From: Nitrosopumilus sp.
Lineage (GTDB): Archaea; Thermoproteota; Nitrososphaeria; Nitrososphaerales; Nitrosopumilaceae
Direction of reading: 5' to 3'
Assembly: GCA_965249555.1 (NCBI GenBank)
Contig: OZ252243.1
Location: 384,001 to 448,000, forward strand
Length of the DNA: 64,000 nt
The stretch's first letter is position 1; every line of letters starts with the position of its first letter. The translations under genes and the position numbers were made by a program. Positions 17,553 through 27,386 of the stretch are shown here, one piece after another. The notes under the pieces were generated by a model. It searched no databases. It was given only the letters and a program-made list of their open reading frames with translations, and was not told the origin of the DNA.

Positions 17553-18047
17553 TTATTCCATTGAATCAAGCAATTTTTGTGTTTTATTTCGAATTTCTGG
17601 AGTAACTTTGACTATTACCAACCCCTCATTTGGTTGGCCATACAAAACTATAGCATTCTCAGGGGCATAAACGCAAACAGGTATCACCAAAAGATCTTCT
17701 TCACCATTAACACTGATTCTTACTGGAGGCTGCATAGTAAAGGCCTGCTGAATAACGCCTATACTTTGAGAAGTGATTTCTGCGGCAGGGTTATCGACTG
17801 TCAATTCAGTAGCATTTTCTAGTTTTGGTGGTTCTCTTTTTGATCTTTTTTCCATACTATCAATTATTTGCAGAGAGGGAATCAAACCAAATTCAATCAT
17901 CTTTTCAGTGGTTCTATCTCCAACTGTAATTACATAGGAATTTTCTGAAAGATGTTTTTGGATATTTGTTTTATCAACTTGACTTTCAGGTAAGAGTATT
18001 CCTAAAGGAATGTTCAATTGGTCTCTTAGAGAATCAGGTAATTTCAC
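17553..18047 (-). CDS. GTP-dependent dephospho-CoA kinase (DUF359)
   Basis: TVGDRTT, VDNPAAEI, GEEDLL, YGQPNEG motifs. Confidence 0.88.
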   Translation of the reverse strand: MKLPDSLRDQLNIPLGILLPESQVDKTNIQKHLSENSYVITVGDRTTEKMIEFGLIPSLQIIDSMEKRSKREPPKLENATELTVDNPAAEITSQSIGVIQQAFTMQPPVRISVNGEEDLLVIPVCVYAPENAIVLYGQPNEGLVIVKVTPEIRNKTQKLLDSME

Positions 18048-18058
18048 AGGAATCGTGG

Positions 18059-19186
18059 CTAGTTAGAAGTACTTACCTCTGGGGTGGTTTCTTTTTCAGA
18101 TTCTGTATTAGAACTTTCAGATGCCATCTCTTCTTGAAGTTTTGCTGCTTGAATACTACATTGTGCTGCAATATTTTTTGCACTTTTTCTAAAAGCAACT
18201 GCACCAGGAGATTCAGGATCTGTAATCATTATCGGTTTACCTGAATCAGAACCAGTCATAATACCAGAGTTTAATGGAATTTCACCTAAGAAAGGCATGT
18301 TAAATTGCTCGCTGATTTTCTTTGCTCCTCCTTCACCAAAAATATAATGTTTCTCATCACAGTTTGGACAAATAAAGTGACTCATGTTTTCAACAACCCC
18401 AAGAAGTGGAACGTTTAGTTTTTCAAACATTCCAACTGCTTTGACTGCAACATTACTTGCAACATCTTGTGGAGTTGTAATAACTAGAATTCCAGTAATC
18501 GGGATTGTTTGTGCAAGGGTTAATGGAATATCACCAGTACCTGGTGGAAGATCTACAATAAGATAATCCAAGTCAGCCCAATTGGTATCAACTAAAAATT
18601 GTTTCAGGATTCCTGAGATAATTGGACCACGATAAATTGCTGCTTGGTGTGATTGCTCTGCAAAGAAACCAAATGAAACAACCTTTAGTCCATTTGATTC
18701 AGCGGGTTGAAGTTTATTTTCTTCTACTTCCATGAATGCATCTTTCATTCCAAGCATCAATGGAATACTAGGACCATAGATATCAGCATCTAATAATCCA
18801 ACTTTAGCTCCTGTTTGAGATAATGCCAAAGCTAAATTCAATGAAACAGTTGATTTTCCTACTCCTCCCTTTCCACTTGCAACGCCAATAATGTTCTTGA
18901 CAGTTGCCATTCCAGTATCTGCATCAAGTGAACGACCCTCCATTACTTTGGCAGTCACATTCATATCAAAATCTTTCAGCTCAGAAATTTCGCCGATTGC
19001 TTTTCTAACATCCTCTTCGATTTCTACATTGAAAGGACATGCAGGAGTAGTTAGTTCTAAAGTAAATTTTAGATTACCATCATTTAGTTCTAGGTCTTTT
19101 ATCATACCCATTGATACGATATCTTTTTTCAAATCAGGATCAATGACTGTACTTAATTTTTCAAGAACTTGATCTATTCCTACCAT
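18059..19186 (-). CDS. mrp: Mrp/ApbC/NBP35 Fe-S cluster carrier ATPase
   Basis: N-terminal DUF59 (DPDL...TTPACP), SGKGGVGKST, DADIYGPS, DLPPGTGD, CPNC. Confidence 0.95.
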   Translation of the reverse strand: MVGIDQVLEKLSTVIDPDLKKDIVSMGMIKDLELNDGNLKFTLELTTPACPFNVEIEEDVRKAIGEISELKDFDMNVTAKVMEGRSLDADTGMATVKNIIGVASGKGGVGKSTVSLNLALALSQTGAKVGLLDADIYGPSIPLMLGMKDAFMEVEENKLQPAESNGLKVVSFGFFAEQSHQAAIYRGPIISGILKQFLVDTNWADLDYLIVDLPPGTGDIPLTLAQTIPITGILVITTPQDVASNVAVKAVGMFEKLNVPLLGVVENMSHFICPNCDEKHYIFGEGGAKKISEQFNMPFLGEIPLNSGIMTGSDSGKPIMITDPESPGAVAFRKSAKNIAAQCSIQAAKLQEEMASESSNTESEKETTPEVSTSN

Positions 19187-19333
19187 TGTTGAAAAAGTCT
19201 GTTTACATTATTTAAACATAGGTTAGACAACGAAAGAAATTGTCAATTATTTGAGAAATTAATCAAATCTTTGGAAATTTAAGCCTAAATCATCCAAAGA
19301 TTCATAAATTGAAATTCAAAAAAAATATCACAC

Positions 19334-19930
19334 TTGTTTTCTATATCTACCCTAGTTGATGTCGTTAGGATTCCTCCAAGCTTGTTTGGAACTACACTCA
19401 AAAAGGCAGGAATGAACATTCTCAAAGAAAAGTACGAGAGTATGATTAGTGCTGACTTGGGTTACATCATTATGATTTTAGATGCTAAAGTTGATGAAAT
19501 GGGAAAAATGATTGCAGGTGACGGCGGGACATTCCACAAAGTAGAATTTGAAGTATTAACATTTTATCCAAAATTGCAAGAAATTGTTCTAGGGGAAATT
19601 GTAGATATTACAGACTTTGGTGCATTTGTAAGAATTGGTCCAACTGATGCACTACTTCACTTGTCACAAGTGATGGATGATTATCTTAAGAGTGATGTAA
19701 AATCCGGAATGATTTTAGCTAATCAAAGTGGTAGAACACTCAAAGTTGGTTCTACACTTCGCGCAAGAATCACTGCAGTCTCATTAGGTAAAGCTGCTTC
19801 AATGGGCAAGATTGGAATTACATGTAGACAACCATTCCTTGGTGCAGACGCATGGATTGCTGAAGAGATTAAGAAGGCAGATAGTGGTTCAGATAAACCT
19901 GTAAAAGAAGCTAAAGTAGAGGCAAGTTAA
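19334..19930 (+). CDS. rpoE1: RNA polymerase subunit E' (Rpo7)
   Basis: VRIPPSLFG, GDGG, S1 domain FGAFVRIGPTDALLHLSQ, KIGITCRQPFLG. Confidence 0.95.
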   Translation: MFSISTLVDVVRIPPSLFGTTLKKAGMNILKEKYESMISADLGYIIMILDAKVDEMGKMIAGDGGTFHKVEFEVLTFYPKLQEIVLGEIVDITDFGAFVRIGPTDALLHLSQVMDDYLKSDVKSGMILANQSGRTLKVGSTLRARITAVSLGKAASMGKIGITCRQPFLGADAWIAEEIKKADSGSDKPVKEAKVEAS

Positions 19931-19931
19931 G

Positions 19932-20120
19932 ATGGCACGAGAAATGGCATGCAGAAAATGCAAAGCTGTAACAACTGGAAAAATTTGTCCGGTTTGCAAA
20001 TCATCAGACTTGACACCTGATTGGAATGGAATTGTACTTGTAGTTGATCCAACAAACTCAGAAATTTCAAAAACACTCGGCATTACCCAGAAAGGCAAGT
20101 ATGCCATCAAAGTAACATAG
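19932..20120 (+). CDS. spt4: Transcription elongation factor Spt4 (RpoE'')
   Basis: ACRKC...CPVC, W.G.V, SEI, GKYAIKV; follows rpoE1. Confidence 0.95.
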   Translation: MAREMACRKCKAVTTGKICPVCKSSDLTPDWNGIVLVVDPTNSEISKTLGITQKGKYAIKVT

Positions 20121-20162
20121 AATATTTCTAAATCTTTAAAATCACACTAGTATTTTATCATC

Positions 20163-20981
20163 ATGTTGTCATTTAATTCAAAAAAACAATTATCACAATT
20201 CCTTACTGAGGATATAGGTAAGGGAGACATTACAAGTGTCCTTTTACCTAAGAGAAGAATTTCAGCTAGAATTATTTCAAGAGAAAATGGAATTGTTGCA
20301 GGTACAGTCTATGCAAAAGAAATTTTCAAACTCAAGGGATGCAACTCTCGAATTTTAAAAAAAGACGGCTCTAAAATAAAACCAAATCAAACTATTATGA
20401 GCATTACAGGGGATGCGGGAAAGATTTTGATGTGTGAGAGAACAGTACTGAATCTCCTAACCAGAATGAGTGGAATTGCAACACAAACAAATGAACTTGT
20501 TAAAAAAATCCCAAAGAAAACAAAATTGTATGCAACAAGAAAGACAGCCCCTGGTCTTCGATACTTTGACAAAGAGGCAGTTGAGACAGGAGGAGGTAGC
20601 AAACACAGACTTGGGTTAGATGAAATGGTGATGATTAAAGATAATCACATTGCAGTTGAAGATTCATTATTATCCATAATTAAAAAGGCAAAGAGAAAAT
20701 ATAAAAAATTTGAAGTTGAAGTTGAAAATACTTTAGATGCAGTTCTTGCGGCAAAAGAAGGTGCAACAATAATTATGCTAGATAATTTTTCTCCATATCA
20801 AATCAAAAACACAATCAAGGTTCTCAAGAATCAGAAATTACGAAATAAAGTAATGCTTGAGGCATCAGGAGGAATAAATTCCACAAACATATCCAAATAT
20901 GGCCAAACAGGGGTAGATATTATTTCAGTGGGCAGCATTACAAATTCAGTCAAAGGAATTGACATGAGTTTAGAAATTTAA
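20163..20981 (+). CDS. nadC: Nicotinate-nucleotide pyrophosphorylase
   Basis: EDIGKGDITS, TRKTAPGLR, HRLGL, IKDNH, EVEVE, MLDN, EASGGI. Confidence 0.96.
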   Translation: MLSFNSKKQLSQFLTEDIGKGDITSVLLPKRRISARIISRENGIVAGTVYAKEIFKLKGCNSRILKKDGSKIKPNQTIMSITGDAGKILMCERTVLNLLTRMSGIATQTNELVKKIPKKTKLYATRKTAPGLRYFDKEAVETGGGSKHRLGLDEMVMIKDNHIAVEDSLLSIIKKAKRKYKKFEVEVENTLDAVLAAKEGATIIMLDNFSPYQIKNTIKVLKNQKLRNKVMLEASGGINSTNISKYGQTGVDIISVGSITNSVKGIDMSLEI

Positions 20982-21370
20982 GAATTAAGTTGTTTTAATA
21001 ATTCAGAAACTTTTTTGTTTTTTGGATTAATTTCTTGAATTTTGCTGCAACATTGAATTGCCTGTTTGTTTTCATCTAATTTCTGGTGTGAATATGCTTT
21101 CAAAAGCAAGACATCAACATCATAAGAGCCAATTTCTAGAGATTTATCAAAGTAAGAAATAGCAATTTTGTACTTGTTTTCCATATAGTAAATTCCACCC
21201 ACCATAAACAAGACATCATGATGATGAGGGTTTTTTTTCAAATATTCTGTGCCTGATTTTAATGCATTTACATACTTTTTTTCTTTGATTAGTTTTTTGA
21301 TTTCTTTGAATTTTTGAATATTTTCTTTTGCTTGAGGATCTTTTGGTGTTCGACTAAATAATCCAACCAA
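20978..21370 (-). CDS. TPR-repeat protein
   Basis: TPR pattern (GGIYY...AISYFDKSLE; AIQCCSKIQEINP). Confidence 0.75.
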   Translation of the reverse strand: MVGLFSRTPKDPQAKENIQKFKEIKKLIKEKKYVNALKSGTEYLKKNPHHHDVLFMVGGIYYMENKYKIAISYFDKSLEIGSYDVDVLLLKAYSHQKLDENKQAIQCCSKIQEINPKNKKVSELLKQLNS

Positions 21371-21384
21371 AACAATTACACAGT

Positions 21385-22350
21385 TTATTTAATTTCAAGC
21401 ATTCTACTAATTGCCAAACGAGCCTTGTCAGCAATTTCTTTAGGAACAGTGACAACATGTTTTTCATTTACTAATGCATCATACACTTTTTCAAGTGTTA
21501 TCATCTTCATGTATTGACATTCAGCTTTATCTGATGCAGGAATGAATGTTTTAGTAGGATTATCTTTTCTCATTCTATACAATATTCCAGTTTCAGTAGC
21601 AACAACAAAGTTCTTTGATTTTGACTTATTGACATGTTTTAACATCCCTTCGGTAGAAAGAATTGAAACTTTTTTATCATCAAAACTTCCATCTGCAACA
21701 TCATATATCATTGGAGTGGTACAACCACACTCTGGATGAATAACAAATTCAGTATCTTTCATTGAATCTAATTTTTTTATGATATCTTCAGGAGTAATTC
21801 CTGCATGAACATGACATTCACCGGCCCATATGCGCATATTTTTTCGTCCAGTCATTTTTGCAACATAAGAACCAAGAAACATATCAGGTAAAAACAAAAT
21901 TTCTTTATCTTCAGGGATTGATTTTACAACATTTACAGCATTTGATGATGTACAACAATAATCAAGTTCTGCTTTAATTTCTGCAGTTGTATTGACATAA
22001 CCTACTACAATAGATCCTGGATGTTGTTTCTTCCAATTTCGTAATTCATCAACAGTGATAGAGTCAGACAATGAACATCCAGCTTCCAAATCTGGAATCA
22101 ACACTTTTTTTTCAGGACTAATTATTGCAGCAGTTTCTGCCATAAAATTTACACCGCAAAATAGAATTGTTTTTTGTTTGACTTTTGCTGCTTGTCTTGA
22201 AAGACCCAAAGAATCACCTGTGAAATCAGATACGTCTTGGACATCTGGAATCTGATAATTATGTGCCAAAATGATCACATCTTTTTCTTTTTTGAGTCTC
22301 AGAATCTCATCTTTGAGTTTGGAATCTTGTTGTACTAGCATAAACCACAA
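21385..22350 (-). CDS. nadA: Quinolinate synthase
   Basis: LAHNYQ, GDSL, FCGVNFMAE, AGCSL, YVNT, CHVH, HPEC, CQYMK. Confidence 0.96.
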   Translation of the reverse strand: MWFMLVQQDSKLKDEILRLKKEKDVIILAHNYQIPDVQDVSDFTGDSLGLSRQAAKVKQKTILFCGVNFMAETAAIISPEKKVLIPDLEAGCSLSDSITVDELRNWKKQHPGSIVVGYVNTTAEIKAELDYCCTSSNAVNVVKSIPEDKEILFLPDMFLGSYVAKMTGRKNMRIWAGECHVHAGITPEDIIKKLDSMKDTEFVIHPECGCTTPMIYDVADGSFDDKKVSILSTEGMLKHVNKSKSKNFVVATETGILYRMRKDNPTKTFIPASDKAECQYMKMITLEKVYDALVNEKHVVTVPKEIADKARLAISRMLEIK

Positions 22351-22434
22351 AAAATTGCCGGTGTAGGGATTTAAAGAATGGGAAGTAGTCTATAATTCTC
22401 TAAAAAACTAGCAAATGTGGCAATTATTGCCATA

Positions 22435-23253
22435 TTAGGTACCAATCTGAATATCATCTGAGCAGTATTTTCGTAGAGTTTCAATTGCAGACAAAATTGC
22501 CAACCTACTTGTTTTTGGATTATTTGCATCTGGAAAATTTTCAATTGTAAAGGTCATCTTTCCAAATTTTCCAGAAGCTTCTATGTGATGAGTATTTTTG
22601 TCAGTGTTTGGATCAGCGACAATTTTTACACCTGTTTTTTCACTACCTATTCCAGACAATGATAAAAGTGCTGCAACGTTGATGTTGGCAGGAAACAAAG
22701 AGACAGCCTCTTTGGCAGTTCCCTCAAAGATGGTTGTGGGTGAGTTGATTGCATCTAAATCAATTTCAGATGTTTCAAAAAACTTGGCACCTTTAAGAGA
22801 ACGGGGATGCTTTGTTGTAGTAATAGATAGTGATTCCAACTCATCTTTGATTGATTTTATTCCATCTAATCCAGCAATTGCACCTGAAGGAAGATAAATT
22901 GTTTTTTTGAAATCACTGCATGCATCTGACAAAATATCATAGATTGATTCATCAAGTAATGCACCGACACTCATTATCATCAAGTCACGTTTATTTTGTA
23001 AAACACTTAGTGCTACATCTTTTACTGCATCCTGGGAAGCAGCTTCAACTACAATATGTACCGGATGTGAGGATAAAAGATGGGAGTTTTCCACAATTTC
23101 GGGCTTTGTATTTAATTTTGAAACAAGCTCAACTGCAGCATCTTTAGAACTGTCATAAACATGGGTTAGAATAGCTGGAATCTTACCTGAATCAATTGCA
23201 AGGGCTATTTGAGTACCTATTGCTCCACAACCCAATAAACCGATTTTTTTCAA
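22435..23253 (-). CDS. nadX: L-aspartate dehydrogenase
   Basis: GCGAIG, VEAAS, SVGAL, SGAIAGLD, FPANINVA, NPKTS. Confidence 0.95.
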   Translation of the reverse strand: MKKIGLLGCGAIGTQIALAIDSGKIPAILTHVYDSSKDAAVELVSKLNTKPEIVENSHLLSSHPVHIVVEAASQDAVKDVALSVLQNKRDLMIMSVGALLDESIYDILSDACSDFKKTIYLPSGAIAGLDGIKSIKDELESLSITTTKHPRSLKGAKFFETSEIDLDAINSPTTIFEGTAKEAVSLFPANINVAALLSLSGIGSEKTGVKIVADPNTDKNTHHIEASGKFGKMTFTIENFPDANNPKTSRLAILSAIETLRKYCSDDIQIGT

Positions 23254-23474
23254 TCAACAATACTAGAAACAATCACTTAATTAATTCTAGGTAGTCCTAA
23301 GACAAAATAAATAATGGTTTGAATAGATCAGTTTTGTCAAGGTTTAGTGTAACCTAAAGAATTTATTCAATCCAGATAACACCATTGTTGTGCTTAACAC
23401 CATATACAAAGATACAATTGAAAATAGTCAAGAAACCATCCCATTTCTAAATAATCCAGAAGGAGAGAAAAAAC

Positions 23475-24572
23475 ATGGTTAAAGATCCAATAAAGAGTTT
23501 GATTGAGGAGTTAGGAGCCCATCTTTCTCAAAAGGAGCACTCAGATATTGTGTTGAATAATGGTAGTGGAAAACAGTTTGAGATAATTCCTTCCGAGTTT
23601 AAGCAGATTAACCTAATAAAGATGCCAAGAAAGATTGCATTTGTAGATGGAGGTGATGCACTACTGGATGAATCACCAAACTATTTAATTATGCTTAATC
23701 GAATTTACTTTTCAATATTTTGTGGGAAAAAAAGAGTAAAACCTGTCATGTCGCCTCGTGTTCAATTTTTGTCATTTGTAATATCAAAGGTCGATACAAA
23801 AGATGGTAAAAAGAAAGTAAGTTATGATACAAAATTGTTTCCTCATAACGAATCAGACAGAGAATTTCTGCCTGCAGAAGTGGATTTGGCATCAGTTACT
23901 GATGGGGCAACAGTGCTGCAAGGCTCCAGACTAAATTCACTGGCAAGGAGATTTGCAGAATGGCAGTTAGCTTACAAAGTTGTTGAGAAAGAATTAGATG
24001 CTGGAGACATTCTAGTGATTGATGGTTCATTACAGACTAGTTTTAAAAATGAAACAAAGTATGCAAACAAACTATATGATTTGGCAATTAAAAAGGGAGT
24101 AATTATTTGTGGTTTGGCAAAGACTAGCAGACTAATTACAGAGTCTGGCGACCCATTGCTTGCAAGAATTGATGAGATTGCAGCTGATGTAAAGTATGAT
24201 AAATGGTATGTGAAAGTTGCTGAAGAAGTATCATCAGATGACAGAGGATTCATGCTTGCAGTAAAGTTTCATCCAAATTCTAATTTTGTATTTCGATTTG
24301 AGATTTTGCGAGAGCAGTTTGCAAAGATGGATGATTCAGAACTCAATTCAGTTCTTGCGAGCCTGGCTGAAAACTCTCAGGATGTGGCAATGCTTGGCTA
24401 TCCGTATGGTGCAATTGATGCAGACAGATTTGCGCAGGTGCGACTCCATGAATCAAACATGTATCGTGGAATTATTTTAGCTGAGCGACTGCAAAATCCT
24501 GAATGGAAGAGACTTGAAAAGTATAGTGCCAGTCTTGTAGCACATGATGTTCTAAATTTGGTGACCAGCTGA
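23475..24572 (+). CDS. nurA: NurA 5'-3' nuclease
   Basis: AFVDGG, IDGSL, GLAKTS, GYPYG..DADRFA; upstream of herA-mre11-rad50. Confidence 0.9.
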   Translation: MVKDPIKSLIEELGAHLSQKEHSDIVLNNGSGKQFEIIPSEFKQINLIKMPRKIAFVDGGDALLDESPNYLIMLNRIYFSIFCGKKRVKPVMSPRVQFLSFVISKVDTKDGKKKVSYDTKLFPHNESDREFLPAEVDLASVTDGATVLQGSRLNSLARRFAEWQLAYKVVEKELDAGDILVIDGSLQTSFKNETKYANKLYDLAIKKGVIICGLAKTSRLITESGDPLLARIDEIAADVKYDKWYVKVAEEVSSDDRGFMLAVKFHPNSNFVFRFEILREQFAKMDDSELNSVLASLAENSQDVAMLGYPYGAIDADRFAQVRLHESNMYRGIILAERLQNPEWKRLEKYSASLVAHDVLNLVTS

Positions 24573-26128
24573 TGGATGAGATCTCAATTGCAGGTCAGGT
24601 AGTTGGAGGAAAGTTTGGAGATATTGTAATTCGCCAAAAGTCTGGAAAAAATTTGGAGATTGGAGACTTGATGGTCTCTGAAGAGAATGGTTCATTCTTG
24701 ATTTTGCAAGTGTTTGTATTGGAGTATGGCAGTCAAATTCAAGACCGAATGCAGCAGATGATGTCGGGAGTTAATTTGGAGCAGGGTTCGAATGCTCAAT
24801 TTTATGAGCCGGAGTTTGTCAATTATGTTTTGGCTCGAATCAAACCGCTGGCTCGCGTGTTCAAAGAGAATTGTGAAGTCAGAATTCCAAAGTCGTTGCC
24901 TTCATTTTTTAATAAATTGCGATTAATTTCCAAGGATGATCTTAAATTTTTACAAAAGAAGGAAGATTCAATCTTTGTCGGATACATTAGAAGCGGCAGT
25001 AAAGTAATCAAGGAAGCTGAAGTGTGGCTGCCAGCTGAGGATATATTCTCACATCATGTGTTGATTCCAGCAACGACGGGTCGTGGAAAATCAAATTTGG
25101 TCAAAACAATTTTGTGGCATGTGCTTGATTCAAACAAGGTTGGCGCGCTAGTACTTGATGCACATGATGAGTACTTTGGTCGTCAGGGTGTTGGATTGAA
25201 GGAGCATCCCAGAGCCAAAGATAATCTGGTGTACTACACGCCATCCAATCCACCAGTTGGTGCGAATCGTCTTACAATTAATTTGCAGTCAATCAGACCT
25301 GAGCACTTTGAAGGAATTGTTGATTTCTCAGATGCCCAGTTCCAGGCAATCAGAACATACCATTGGAAAGGCAAGGATGGATGGCTCACAACACTAATGC
25401 TGACAGACCCGGATTCTGCAACAGACAAGATTGCAGCATCAACAATGAGCGTAATTCAGCGAAAAATGAGGCTAATTTTGGGATTAGTCAAGGATGAGGA
25501 GGGGCATCTGGTCTCAAAGCATGAGGTGTTTGATTCAGCAACGAAGGGATTCACCACAGTTGATGATATCGTAAAAGACATCGAGCATGGAAAAGTTGTG
25601 ATTCTTGATACATCACGATTGGGTGATGAAGCAGAATTAATTGTTGGAAACATTATTGCATCAAAACTATTTGAAAAATACAAAGCATACAAAGCAGTTG
25701 GTGAATTGGCAAGAAAGCCTGTAGCTACTGTAATCATTGAGGAGGCGCCGCGTGTTATTGGTGTTGATGTGCTGACTAGAAAAAATGACAACATCTATGC
25801 AACAATTGCAAGGGAGGGTCGTAAGTTCAAGGTTGGACTGATGGCAATCACACAATTAAGTAGTGTCATTCCACGAACTATTTTGGCAAACATGAATACA
25901 AAAATTATTTTAGGAAATGAGATGAAGCAAGAGCGAGAAGCAATTATTCAATCAGCATCTCAGGATTTATCAGAGGATGACAAAAACATTGCAAGCCTGG
26001 ATAAGGGGGAGGCAATCATTTCAAGCATCTTCGTTCCATTTGCAATGCCCATAAAGATTCCCCTGTTTGAAGATATTGTAAAAGAGAAAGGCAGTCAGGT
26101 AAAAACAGAGAAGACGAAGGTGTTCTAG
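24572..26128 (+). CDS. herA: HerA bipolar helicase/ATPase
   Basis: N-terminal HAS barrel, [29 protein letters not shown]. Confidence 0.92.
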   Translation: MDEISIAGQVVGGKFGDIVIRQKSGKNLEIGDLMVSEENGSFLILQVFVLEYGSQIQDRMQQMMSGVNLEQGSNAQFYEPEFVNYVLARIKPLARVFKENCEVRIPKSLPSFFNKLRLISKDDLKFLQKKEDSIFVGYIRSGSKVIKEAEVWLPAEDIFSHHVLIPATTGRGKSNLVKTILWHVLDSNKVGALVLDAHDEYFGRQGVGLKEHPRAKDNLVYYTPSNPPVGANRLTINLQSIRPEHFEGIVDFSDAQFQAIRTYHWKGKDGWLTTLMLTDPDSATDKIAASTMSVIQRKMRLILGLVKDEEGHLVSKHEVFDSATKGFTTVDDIVKDIEHGKVVILDTSRLGDEAELIVGNIIASKLFEKYKAYKAVGELARKPVATVIIEEAPRVIGVDVLTRKNDNIYATIAREGRKFKVGLMAITQLSSVIPRTILANMNTKIILGNEMKQEREAIIQSASQDLSEDDKNIASLDKGEAIISSIFVPFAMPIKIPLFEDIVKEKGSQVKTEKTKVF

Positions 26129-26129
26129 T

Positions 26130-27386
26130 TTGTTATTTGCGCATCTCTCAGATATTCATCTGGGTTTTCAAAAGCATGAATCGTTGCAGCAAACAGAGCA
26201 GGATGTATTTGAGAAAGCATTGGATGAATGCATTTCGAGAAAAGTTGATTTTATTTTAATTTCTGGAGATATGTTTCATGTAAATATTCCAGAGATGCGA
26301 GTGCAAAAGTTTGCATTTGCAAAGTTTCGTCAGGTGCACGAAGCTGAAATTCCAGTGTATGTTGTTTATGGAAGCCATGACTTCTCTCCAGTTTCTAATT
26401 CTGTAATTGATTTGCTGGTTGCAATTGGTTACATCAGCAAAGTTACCAAAGTGAAGGATTCTGATGATGAAAAAATAGTCCTGGATTTTTTAGTAGATCT
26501 GAAAACGGGTGCCAAAATTTATGGATTATCCGGACTCAAGATGGGAAAAGACCGAGAATACTATGAAAATCTAGATAGAGCCTCACTTGAGGCTGAATCG
26601 GGCTTTAAGATATTCCTATTTCATGGCGGAATTTCAGATATGAAGACAGAATCAGGCATCGATGGGGATCACATGCCACTATCTTTGCTGCCAAAAGGAT
26701 TTTCATATTATGCAGGAGGTCACATGCACAAATTCAATCATCAATCATTTGATGGGTATTCGCATGTCGTATATCCTGGAACTCCATTTGCAGGATTTCA
26801 TTCTGATTTGGAGGAGAATTCAAAGGGTCAAAAACGAGGATTGGTTTTAGTCGAGTTTGAAGATGAGATTAAGGATGTATCATTTATTGAATTGGAAAAT
26901 ACTGAATATGAAATCATTGAGATTGATGCAAACAATCGTAAAACAGATTCAATTAACAAAGAACTATTAGAAAAGACACAAGAGATTGATCCTGGTAATA
27001 AAATTGTAATAATAAAGATTGGCGGTGAGATGACATCAGGAAAAACATCAGATGTTGATATTTCTGCAATTCGAGAGTCGCTATATCAGCGTAAAGCCAG
27101 CGCGGTGGAGATTAGTAAAAGCAGATTGACATCTCTAGAATACAGCATCACTGAAGCTAAAGGTGAGAACAAAGTAGAGATTGAGGCGAATGTATTCAGT
27201 GAAAATATTGGTCAATTGCGATTCAAGCAAAAAAATCTGATTGGTGATGCGGGAGTTGCTCTTGCAAAAAAATTACTATCAAAACTGGGACAGGCAGGAC
27301 TTGAAAATGAAAAGAAGGCAGACTATGCATCAAGAATAAAACAGGATGCGATTGGAGTATTGGGATTGAAGATAGATGATTCTTAA
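26130..27386 (+). CDS. mre11: Mre11 nuclease
   Basis: SDIHLG, GDMF, GSHD, FHG, GGHMH, YPGT phosphoesterase motifs. Confidence 0.93.
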   Translation: MLFAHLSDIHLGFQKHESLQQTEQDVFEKALDECISRKVDFILISGDMFHVNIPEMRVQKFAFAKFRQVHEAEIPVYVVYGSHDFSPVSNSVIDLLVAIGYISKVTKVKDSDDEKIVLDFLVDLKTGAKIYGLSGLKMGKDREYYENLDRASLEAESGFKIFLFHGGISDMKTESGIDGDHMPLSLLPKGFSYYAGGHMHKFNHQSFDGYSHVVYPGTPFAGFHSDLEENSKGQKRGLVLVEFEDEIKDVSFIELENTEYEIIEIDANNRKTDSINKELLEKTQEIDPGNKIVIIKIGGEMTSGKTSDVDISAIRESLYQRKASAVEISKSRLTSLEYSITEAKGENKVEIEANVFSENIGQLRFKQKNLIGDAGVALAKKLLSKLGQAGLENEKKADYASRIKQDAIGVLGLKIDDS